DNA of 64,000 nucleotides from Balanoglossus misakiensis. Taxonomy: Eukaryota > Animalia > Hemichordata. The position numbers and the translations under genes are program-made. The stretch lies in contig CM082588.2 of NCBI GenBank assembly GCA_040954595.2, positions 5,024,156 to 5,088,155 on the forward strand. Direction: 5' to 3'. Every line of letters begins with the position of its first letter. Within the stretch, counting starts at the first letter, position 1. Positions 11,801 to 23,000 of this stretch are shown here, one piece after another. A model generated the notes under the pieces. The model was not told the DNA's origin, ran no database searches, and saw only the letters and a list, made by a program, of their open reading frames with translations.

Positions 11801-14800
11801 CTAAGTCGGTGTCCTTTAAGCAGGCGCGGTATATAACGCATGGGAACAGGGGAAGGAAGGGCAGCTAGTGTGCGACGTCTCCCGGCTACCTCGGCGGGAC
11901 CAAGCTCAAGTCCCCGCCGAATTAGAAAGACAACGCGCTAAGTCGGTGTCCTTTAAGCAGGCGCGGAATATAACGCATGGGAACAGGGGAAGGAAGGGTA
12001 GCTAGTGTGCGACGTCTCCCGGCTACCTCGGCGGGACCAAGCTCAAGTCCCCGCCGAATTAGAAAGACAACGCGTTAAGTCGGTGTCTTTTAAGCAGGCG
12101 CGGTATATAACGCATGGGAACAGGGGAAGGAAGGGTAGCTAGTGTGCGACGTCTCCCGGCTACCTCTAGGGACCAAGCTCAAGTCCCCGCCGAATTAGAA
12201 AGACAACGCGTTAAGTCGGTGACCTTTAAGCAGGCGCGGTATATAACGCATGGGAACAGGGGAAGGAAGGGTAGCTAGTGTGCGACGTCTCCCGGCTACC
12301 TCGGCGGGACCAAGCTCAAGTCCCCGCCGAATTAGAAAGACAACGCGCTAAGTCGGTGTCCTTTAAGCAGGCGCGGTATATAACGCATGTGAACAGGGGA
12401 AAGAAGGGTGGCTAGCGTTCGACATCTCCCGGCAACCTCGGCGGGACCAAGCTCAAGTCCCCGCCGAATTAGAAAGACAACGCGCTAAGTCGGTGTCCTT
12501 TAAGCAGGCGCGGTATATAATGCATGGGAACAGGGGAAGGAAGGGTAGCTAGTGTGCGACGTCTCCCGGCTACCTCGGCGGGACCAAGCTCAAGTCCCCG
12601 CCGAATTAGAAAGACAACGCGCTAAGTCGGTGTCCATTAAGCAGGCGCGGTATATAACGCATGGGAACAGGGGAAGGATGGGTAGCTAGTGTGCGACGTC
12701 TCCCGGCTACCTCGGCGGGACCAAGCTCAAGTCCCCGCCGAATTAAAAAGACAACGCGCTAAGTCGGTGTCCTTTAAGCAGGCGCGGTATATAACGCATG
12801 GGAACAGGGGAAGGAAGGGCAGCTAGTGTGCGACGTCTCCCGGCTACCTCGGCGGGACCAAGCTCAAGTCCCCGCCGAATTAGAAAGACAACGCGCTAAG
12901 TCGGTGTCCTTTAAGCAGGCGCGGTATATAACGCATGGGAACAGGGGAAGGAAGGGCAGCTAGTGTGCGACGTCTCCCGGCTACCTCGGCGGGACCAAGC
13001 TCAAGTCCCCGCCGAATTAGAAAGACAACGCGCTAAGTCTGTGTCCATTAAGCAGGCGCGGTATATAACGCATGGGAACAGGGGAAGGATGGGTAGCTAG
13101 TGTGCGACGTCTCCCGGCTACCTCGGCGGGACCAAGCTCAAGTCCCCGCCGAATTAGAAAGACAACGCGCTAAGTCGGTGTCCTTTAAGCAGGCGCGGTA
13201 TATAACGCATGGGAACAGGGGAAGGAAGGGTAGCTAGTGTGCGACGTCTCCCGGCTACCTCGGCGGGACCAAGCTCAAGTCCCCGCCGAATTAAAAAGAC
13301 AACGCGCTAAGTCGGTGTCCTTTAAGCAGGCGCGGTATATAACGCATGGGAACAGGGGAAGGAAGGGCAGCTAGTGTGCGACGTCTCCCGGCTACCTCGG
13401 CGGGACCAAGCTCAAGTCCCCGCCGAATTAGAAAGACAACGCGCTAAGTCGGTGTCCTTTAAGCAGGCGCGGTATATAACGCATGGGAACAGGGGAAGGA
13501 AGGGCAGCTAGTGTGCGACGTCTCCCGGCTACCTCGGCGGGACCAAGCTCAAGTCCCCGCCGAATTAGAAAGACAACGCGCTAAGTCGGTGTCCTTTAAG
13601 CAGGCGCGGTATATAACGCATGGGAACAGGGGAAGGAAGGGTAGCTAGTGTGCGACGTCTCCCGGCTACCTCGGCGGGACCAAGCTCAAGTCCCCGCCGA
13701 ATTAGAAAGACAACGCTCTAAGTCGGTGTCCTTTAAGCAGGCGCGGTATATAACGCATGGGAACAGGGAAAGGAAGGGCAGCTAGTGTGCGACGTCTCCC
13801 GGCTACCTCGGCGGGACCAAGCTCAAGTCCCCGCCGAATTAGAAAGACAACGCGCTAAGTCGGTGTCCTTTAAGCAGGCGCGGAATATAACGCATGGGAA
13901 CAGGGGAAGGAAGGGTAGCTAGTGTGCGACGTCTCCCGGCTACCTCGGCGGGACCAAGCTCAAGTCCCCGCCGAATTAGAAAGACAACGCGTTAAGTCGG
14001 TGTCTTTTAAGCAGGCGCGGTATATAACGCATGGGAACAGGGGAAGGAAGGGTAGCTAGTGTGCGACGTCTCCCGGCTACCTCGGCGGGACCAAGCTCAA
14101 GTCCCCGCCGAATTAGAAAGACAACGCGTTAAGTCGGTGTCCTTTAAGCTGGCGCGGTACATAACGCATGGGAACAGGGGAAGGAAGGGTAGCTAGTGTG
14201 CGACGTCTCCCGGCTACCTCGGCGGGACCAAGCTCAAGTCGCCGCCGAATTAGAAAGACAACGCGTTAAGTCGGTGACCTTTAAGCACGCGCGGTATATA
14301 ACGCATGGGAACAGGGGAAGGAAGGGTAGCTAGTGTGCGACGTCTCCCGGCTACCTCGGCGGGACCAAGCTCAAGTCCCCGCCGAATTAGAAAGACAACG
14401 CTCTAAGTCGGTGTCCTTTAAGCAGGCGCGGTATATAACGCATGGGAACAGGGGAAGGAAGGGCAGCTAGTGTGCGACGTCTCCCGGCTATCTCGGCGGG
14501 ACCAAGCTCAAGTCCCCGCCGAATTAGAAAGACAACGCGCTAAGTCGGTGTCCTTTAAGCAGGCGCGGTATATAACGCATGGGAACAGGGGAAGGAAGGG
14601 TAGCTAGTGTGCGACGTCTCCCGGCTACCTCGGCGGGACCAAGCTCAAGTCCCCGCCGAATAAGAAAGACAACGCGTTAAGTCGGTGACCTTTAAGCAGG
14701 CGCGGTATATAACGCATGGGAACAGGGGAAGGAAGGGTAGCTAGTGTGCGACGTCTCCCGGCTACCTCGGCGGGACCAAGCTCAAGTCCCCGCCGAATTA

Positions 14801-16468
14801 GAAAGACAACGCGCTAAGTCGGTGTCCTTTAAGCAGGTGCGGTATATAACGCATGGGAACAGGGGAAGGCAGGGTTGCTAGCGTTCGACATCTCCCGGCA
14901 ACCTCGGCGGGACCAAGCTCAAGTCCCCGCCGAATTAGAAAGACAACGCGCTAAGTCGGTGTCCTTTAAGCAGGCGCGGTATATAACGCATGGAAACAGG
15001 GGAAGGAAGGGTAGCTAGTGTGCGACGTCTCCCGGCTACCTCGGCGGGACCAAGCTCAAGTCCCCGCCGAATTAGAAAGACAACGCGCTATGTCGGTGTC
15101 CTTTAAGCAGGCGCGGTATATAACGCATGGGAACAGGGGAAGGAAGGGTAGCTAGTGTGCGACGTCTCCCGGCTACCTCGGCGGGACCAAGCTCAAGTCC
15201 CCGCCGAATTAGAAAGACAACGCGTTAAGTCGGTGACCTTTAAGCACGCGCGGTATATAACGCATGGGAACAGGGGAAGGAAGGGTAGCTAGTGTGCGAC
15301 GTCTCCCGGCTACCTCGGCGGGACCAAGCTCAAGTCCCCGCCGAATTAGAAAGACAACGCGTTAAGTCGGTGACCTTTAAGCAGGCGCGGTATATAACGC
15401 ATGGGAACAGGGGAAGGAAGGGTAGCTAGTGTGCGACGTCTCCCGGCTACCTCGGCGGGACCAAGCTCAAGTCCCCGCCGAATTAGAAAGACAACGCGCT
15501 AAGTCGGTGTCCTTTAAGCAGGCGCGGTATATAACGCATGGGAACAGGGGAAGGCAGGGTTGCTAGCGTTCGACATCTCCCGGCTACCTCGGCGGGACCA
15601 AGCTCAAGTCCCCGCCGAATTAGAAAGACAACGCGCTAAGTCGGTGTCCTTTAAGCAGGCGCGGTATATAACGCATGGAAACAGGGGAAGGAAGGGTAGC
15701 TAGTGTGCGACGTCTCCCGGCTACCTCGGCGGGACCAAGCTCAAGTCCTCGCCGAATTAGAAAGACAACGCGCTAAGTAGGTGTCCTTTAAGCAGGCGCG
15801 GTATATAACGCATGGGAACAGGGGAAGGAAGGGCCGCTAGAGTGCGACGTCTCCCGGCAACCTCGGCGGGACCAAGCTCAAGTCCCTGCCGAATTAGAAA
15901 AACAACGTGCTAAGTCGGTGTCCTTTAAGCAGGCGCGGTATATAACGCATGGGAACAGGGGAAGGAAGGGCAGCTAGTGTGCGACGTCTCCCGGCAACCT
16001 CGGCGGGACCAAGCTCAAGTCCCCGCCGAATTAGAAAGACAACGTGCTAAGTCGGTGTCCTTTAAGCAGGCGCGGTATATAACGCATGGGAACAGGGGAA
16101 GGAAGGGCAGCTAGTGTGCGACGTCTCCCGGCTACCTCGGCGGGACCAAGCTCAAGTCCCCGCCGAATTAGAAAGACAACGCGCTAAGTCGGTGTCCTTT
16201 AAGCAGGCGCGGTATATAACGCATGGGAACAGGGGAAGGAAGGGTAGCTAGTGTGCGACGTCTCCCGGCTACCTCGGCGGGACCAAGCTCAAGTCCCCGC
16301 CGAATTAGAAAGACAACGTGCTAAGTCGGTGTCCTTTAAGCACGCGCGGTATATAACGCATGGGAACAGGGGAAGGAAGGGCAGCTAGTGTGCGACGTCT
16401 CTTGGCTACCTCGGCGGGACCAAGCTCAAGTCCCCGCCCAATAAGAAAGACAACGCGCTAAGTCTGTG
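8803..16468. repeat. Tandem (satellite-like) array, 137-bp unit x 56 copies, ~58% GC
   Basis: Consensus ttaagcaggcgcggtatataacgcatgggaacaggggaaggaagggtagctagtgtgcgacgtctcccggctacctcggcgggaccaagctcaagtccccgccgaattagaaagacaacgcgctaagtcggtgtcct. Unit starts at 8803, 8940, 9077 ... 16336 (55 x 137 minus two 1-nt-shorter units). No spacers. Confidence 0.98.
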
Positions 16469-16741
16469 GTTGTACTGCAAATATATGTGCTCACCTGTGC
16501 TGTAATAGACGGCAAGTATGCATAAGATAAATCCAATTACGAGCTTCAAGAGTCTCGCGTTCTGTCGGTTAATTGTTGTCATTGTTGTGTTTTGTCTGGC
16601 AAGCACGGATAGTCTGTTTATCGTCCCGCAAAAAGAAAGAATCGATCGATTATAAATCATGTAGCACGACCTTTGGATCACCCCGTACCGGGAATTTGAT
16701 TTCAAGGGCGCATTCAAATGAGGCTATTTCCTCTCGCAAAA

Positions 16742-17396
16742 TTCTACGATGTCTATCACTAGGGGGCGTACCGCATTGAAAACTATTTGTTTACCTAAGG
16801 GGTCATTTGTGACACGTGCGTGTCGTAAGCCTAGCCATGCTACGAACCCCGAATTTCTCAAAAGCAGCCACGTATCTTTATTTTCAAATAGTCATGTAAT
16901 GATGTCAATGGATCGACATATCCAGTACATCAGAATGGATAAAAGGTTATTTATTCAATAATAACATACATCAGATATAAACATCCTTACATCAAACATA
17001 ATTAAGCAAGTGATATATTTAACTTAAACATTTAAAATGATTTGACATTAAACCTTGACTCACTAAGTTTAAAATTCAACACATGACGATACAGTGAGTA
17101 ATATGTAATCTCCTGTGTACAAGAGAACATCCGGGGTTTCTAACCCCTGATTAATGATGATGTCACCGAATGAAGATGAGCTACTTCTAACTCTTGCTAG
17201 GCCTTCAAGCCTTTGAAAAACCCAGTTAGCAGTATTCGCACATATATTCAGTAAACAGTATTATAATTAAGATTTACCATTTTAACCGTTTACACATGTT
17301 AAACTGACGTACATCACAAATCATTGCACGCATTTTGTTAAGATAAAAACATCAAATAGTTCGTAGACAACGTTATGAAATGATCTTTCATTAAGT
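16742..17396 (+). repeat. Right copy of ~620-650-bp direct repeat
   Basis: Matches 8181-8807; separated from the array end by ~270 bp of unique sequence. Confidence 0.92.
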
Positions 17397-20024
17397 GATC
17401 GCATAGCCTTTTTCTTAAAGAAAGTCGAAAAAGTTGCATCGCTTTAAATATTCGTTTAAAAAGATATTGCATAGCGGTGAATAATTTCTTTCTCGTGACG
17501 AATCTCGTTTAAAGGGTATTCTGTGTGATAGATTATAAATACCAGACGTATAGGTAAAATAGCCATTGGTCATGTTATTAAAAGCTAGGGTCTCTACATA
17601 AACACCGTACTTTGAAAGTACATAATTGATATTCCTCGAAAAGTAGAGTTGCTTGATGCATACAAATGTCCATGCTTTTTTTGTACGTGCGTTGCTTTCT
17701 TTGCCTGCGGGTAAGCAGGAATATCATCCATGTCGATAAAGTCAGTATTCTTTAAAAACAGCGCATGTTAACTTGATAGGTATAAAACCCCTTCAGGTCA
17801 AGTGTTATTTTTCGGATATGTGGAGCAGAATGGATGAACACACATTTTGCATTTGAGTGAGGTAAAGAGTATTGTAAATGTCAACACATTAGGCGCATTT
17901 ATCCGTTGGAATGAACACTGTTGTCTTCTAATGCTGGGGCGGGCAGACAGCGTGCGTTTGGCTCATGTATTAGGAAGAAGGTATGGCTTGTTGGGGGTTC
18001 TTGAACCGTTAAACAGCCTTGAAATGTACACGCAAGTGTCAATCATCCTCGGGCGCCCTGCTGTGAGTCAGTCGTCCTGACAACGGTTGCATGCCTGATC
18101 GACTAGATATTTACGCGATGTCTAGTCGGAATCACGGAAATAGCACCCGGACGTGATGAGAAACCGCAACTGAAAAGCGAAGCAAAATAATTCACCGTCC
18201 AACTGTTGTATCTATCTGTATATGGCGGTTCACTGACCGTCAGCTTAAATTTACTTATTTTAGCCATGTCTGGATGTACACTCTGCGAAGAATATGACGG
18301 TGTCTGGAATTAGCCATCTGAAGACGTTTAGGTCTGCCTGTCACGTATTCAAGTAGTCTGAAAACGCACCTAACAACACGCAAGAGGCCATACGTCTTTG
18401 ATTTAAACAAATGGCGCAACGACGGCACAAATCTCGTCTTGTCCTGAAGGCATATCAATCCAACGCTACTTCTAGACAACCATGTATACATATACAAACC
18501 TACAAGCATCATACATGGACAATATATCATATATGGTTTTCTCATTTGCAGGAATTATATGTTGATAATATGGTTGTAAATGCTACTTCCAAATATTGAA
18601 TTCATAAGATGTAGTGATCATGATGCGACATTTGAGCGCGCAACCATGGCAACGTTCTTCGTTTGAGTTCAAATCTTGTTTTTGTACCACTTGAAATGTG
18701 CCCTGTAAGGTTTTGTCTTTCGGGATCGATCGATCAATCGTACAATATCATGGACAGTTTAGAATGTAAAAAAAACCTTTGTGATACAGATTAATCATAG
18801 AGGTTTAATTATGCCATAATTGTACTTCTCGTACTTCGGGAGTTCATTATTTTTGTTTTTAATTATTTGAAGACCGCGTCTGTTCAATTTACAAAGTGCA
18901 TCGAAGTCACCGATCGAGTTCTGCATATCAAAATTTATGAAGATGAATAGAGAATTTCTAGAAATCTACTCCAAGAATGAACCCATTAATTACACATAGA
19001 AGTACATATTGTGGTTCAAAATCTCGGCCCACTCGTATATAGAAATAGTAATAAACTGCCTGGACAAAAATCGACCATTAATAGCTCAAGTGTATGTAAA
19101 TGATAGTGACGAAAAGTACCCGGATTTGAATATTGCAGAATGTTCGCTGACTAACTTCCTGCATGGAACGAAATGCGCATGCGGAAATGGCAAATGGTGA
19201 TTCATCATCCTTGATGTTCCCAGAAAAAAATGTGTCACTTATCGGACCGATTTAAATGGGCTTTTTTAGAAATCACTAGACTGCACAGTGTTGTACGTGC
19301 CTTGGTGGACAGATCTTACACAAATGGGCAGAGCTCGCTCATTATGAATTCAATCACGCGTGCAGGTGATAGTCACGGATTCTCCTAGACGCGGAACTTG
19401 AGATTGCCGAGCTGCTGTGAAGTTTCACAGTTCCAGGTTCGTGTCCTTTGTTGTTAATATAATTCTGCCAAAGAGCCTCATATTGTCCCAACTTCTTTAC
19501 ATTCCCACAGGTGCAGAATTCCTCAACATCAGTAGTGGTAAAGCGCCGTTAACTTTGACAAAATACATCATGTCGTCCAGGAACTGGGTACAATTATCTG
19601 GTACCGATATCAGCAGGCAGTAATTATAGTAATTTTCCCTCAAAAACATGTCTGTTTTCAGAAAACCGATTTTCGTTAGATTTCTCTCTACCATATCACT
19701 TTCAGAAAATTTACCATTCATGTCACGGCAATTGTGTGAGGTCTGAGTTATGACCGCGATATGTATTGACTTTCACACAATGCCTATACACGATAATGTC
19801 TCCGCCTCGGCCAACAAATTGATGAGACATTGCCGGCTTTTGGCTGTCTTCGTCAAACATTGTTATCATCGAGAAAAACAACGCCTTTTTTCTTCTTTTT
19901 TGCCATAACCTCTTCTTCAAACTGCAGGTTTCCTGTACAAGTGGCGTGACTGCTGGAGAGAAAACACACCTGTCCAGTACTCTCTCGCTCCAAACAACAT
20001 TCAGTCAAGAATTCTTCAAGCTGT

Positions 20025-23000
20025 TCACAGAGCAACTGCATTCAACGCCTCGTCGTACGTCATAGCAGTGGCTTTGTCGACGTACACAATGCACTCATGC
20101 TGTGGGCGTTCCCTTTTGCTGAGCTCCAATCCCAGCTCCTGTTCTTGCTCGTCTTCGCTGAAGAGAGTGTGCGACCAGTCCACCATCCTCCTCATGGTCA
20201 GGTGCACAAACGTCGACATCAGAATCAGTCCGAACAGGATGAATATTTCCAGGTAGATCTGGGTCAGGTCGGACTCCCTGCCGAAAGCCGGCACCAGATC
20301 GCCGAACCCGACTGTCGTGTAGCTGATGGTGCAGAAGTAGACGGCGTCCAAGTAACTCCACGAATTCTGCGTGCTGGAAAAGAAGAGCGCGCTCAGCATT
20401 ATGTAGGCGAAGAGCGCGACTATCAGGAGGGGAACGGGGATCTGTACCTCTTTCTTCTCTCCCTTCTTCGCACCAGGCATCTGCGCTTGCTGCTGCTGCG
20501 AACACTGCGGGCTGCTCGAACACCCAGCCCGGCAGTCCCGCTCGCTCTCCGTGAGGCTGCCGAGACTCCCGTGACGCAAGTGGTGCGGCCGGCTCCTCGG
20601 GGGTGATGAGACGGACCCGGCCGCTGGTTTCGGCGTTTTGTTTGAAGCGCAGAACTTCTTGTTTGGCTGCGTCGCCTTGGCGTAGAGCTTCTTCAACGGC
20701 GCCGCCAGCCATTCTCCGAGTTTGGCGAGATACATGAAGAAGAAAGGAATCCCGATTAACGAGTACAGAACACATAGTATCTTTCCACCTTTCGTTGCTG
20801 GGACGATGTTTCCATAGCCTGCAATGGGATGAGAAAACAGTTGAAGTTTTGTATATAGATAGATAATGTTAACAATACCTTATGAGGATAGTTATTTCCA
20901 CTTCTAACGCCAAAAGTTAGCGACTTTTGACACCTGCTGAAAATAGCTCATAACATGAATAATCAGGAGACGAAACCATTGTGGCGTGTGGAATTCTCGT
21001 GGGGGTGCGTGCAAACAAGCGTGCATCAAACATTCATACATAGCTATAATCTCTAAAATCCTTCGAGGATTGTCTAATATGAAAATAAATTATCAAGATT
21101 GAATTCAATCAAAAACCAGACTTCAGATGGACAGTTGTCACTGAGGAATATAACCTTCACTGAACAAAATTCAACCATATGTTGTTTCAATATCACAGTG
21201 CAATATGCAATAAATTGGTAATATAGCTTTTGTCTTATTAACTTGTTTTGTTAGGACGTTAGTAATCAACGAAGTAAATACACGCGCGTGCTGGTAATTA
21301 ACAATAATGGTATAATTTGAACCAATATGATCGCTTCTTATTCACAACAAAACAATGGAAAAGGTAATTTTCCAAAACTAATTTCAGCCGTATTGGTGTG
21401 CTGTTTAATTGCAATTAAGTTTCACTATAACACCTCCCTTGACATCCACTTGAATGACACAATTGGAAAGGAGTAATTTCTTGCCAATCTTCCCGATTAA
21501 CAATGAAGTTTATTAGACACGTACTGTCTACAGATATAAGTAACTGTGTTCATTTTCATATTCAGAAGCTGTGAAACCCTATGCGGCATCAAAATACATG
21601 TAGTAAAATTCGTAATGCATCGGATACTTCTATTTGCGAAATAAAAGGGGGAAGTCTTTCATCAGAATTGCCCATGGGAAGGTCTTAGCAACAGCGAAAT
21701 CCCAGGTAGAAACGAGAGACCTTTAGCGTGTTCCCTGGCGTGCAATAAATTGATCTTTTTAGGTGTTGTCATCAAGAGCGATTCACCTTGGTATTCTGAT
21801 CCTGTACGATACGCACCTATATACGTGATAGTTGCAAAGATTGTGCGAATAAAATGTGTTACCATGTCGATAAAGTGAATCCATGCGAAATGCAAATTAC
21901 ATTTTCTTCTCGGAAGGGAACAGTGGAATTAAGACCAAATTTCAAGTGTCGTTCAGTGTTAGGCATTCATATCTACAGAACCAGGTACATGTACGTTAAA
22001 TATTAAGGTTCCGGGGTTCTTGGTATAGTCGGTCCCTCAATTAACTTGTGGTGTAACCTGCAGGTCAATTAGATTTTCTCGGTCTTAACTACGGCGCTGT
22101 CGCAAGACAACTTCGAGATTGTAATGTGTAATTCGGCTGATTGGAAGAGACACTGAGTAACCCGGGAGATCAGCTTTTGACTGATTCAAGAGGTCAGGGA
22201 ACTGTTCGATGCGCACTTACGCATTAGGATTCAAATGTGCTAGGGAATGAACCCTCGCCATTAATTAGTCTGTTTTAGCTACGCTCTCCGGCCTCAGTGA
22301 CTGTACAGACTCTCGAAGTGTCAGGCGAATTATATAGATATTCCATCAAGCAGAGTGAGTCAATTAGAGAGAGAGCACTTTTTAAAAGGTACAGAAAGAT
22401 GTCACTCGCAGATAACACTGAAGGCCAAATTGAATTAAGATTATAAGACTGAACGAACATGACAAGAAGTTTATTTCTTGAAATATGCAAATGATTATCA
22501 ACCACAATCCCTGAAATTAGAGTGGTCCAGCTAGAAACACATCGAAGTTTTAGCAAAAAATGCGCCCATGTTAAGTGCTGTAAAGTTACCAAAATAATAT
22601 CAGTGTTGTGTTCGTCTGATATATATATATATCTCGTGTGAAAATAAGACGTCTAATTTATCACTTTGTCCTCTATACGTAAAGTATGTGTTTCAATATG
22701 GTGTTCACATCGCAAATGGGTTGCTATGAATAGATAGGATACTAATTGCAAAATTCATATATAAAAAAGCAGCTGTTCTCTATTCACACCTAAATATGTT
22801 AATACGTCATTTATAGTCACAAAGAGAACAAGATAAAACGATTCACCTTTCCTCTTTTTTTTTAAGTGCCGACGGACGTTTTAGTGTTTTGATGGAGAAA
22901 TAACGCCATAGCAATCCAAAGACGTTGGACAGACACGGTCAGAGATAAACAGGACGTGGTTGTAATATAGTTAGTGTGACAGCGGTTCGAAAAATATAAA

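Noticed and set aside
8803-16468. CRISPR array
   Set aside because: Units are near-identical along their whole length with no unique spacers, there are no cas genes, and the context is eukaryotic.
8803-16468. HDV-like, hammerhead or twister ribozyme in the repeat unit
   Set aside because: A 7-bp G-U-closed stem and a stem followed by CGAA superficially recall HDV P1/P4. But I could not build P2, a 3-bp P3 or the L3/P1.1 motif, and there is no CUGANGA/GAAA hammerhead core or twister core.
8803-16468. 5S rRNA, tRNA or snRNA/SL RNA gene array
   Set aside because: No recognisable 5S sequence, cloverleaf, proper A/B boxes or Sm site, and the consensus unit has no T4+ Pol III terminator.
16406-16717. 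103-aa minus-strand ORF running into the array end
   Set aside because: No recognisable motif, non-ATG start, no splice support; probably chance.
20095-20775. Long alternative-frame and antisense ORFs over K2P exons (also 24819-25177, 32966-33851, 39888-40301)
   Set aside because: Shadow ORFs caused by GC-rich codon usage of the real channel exons.
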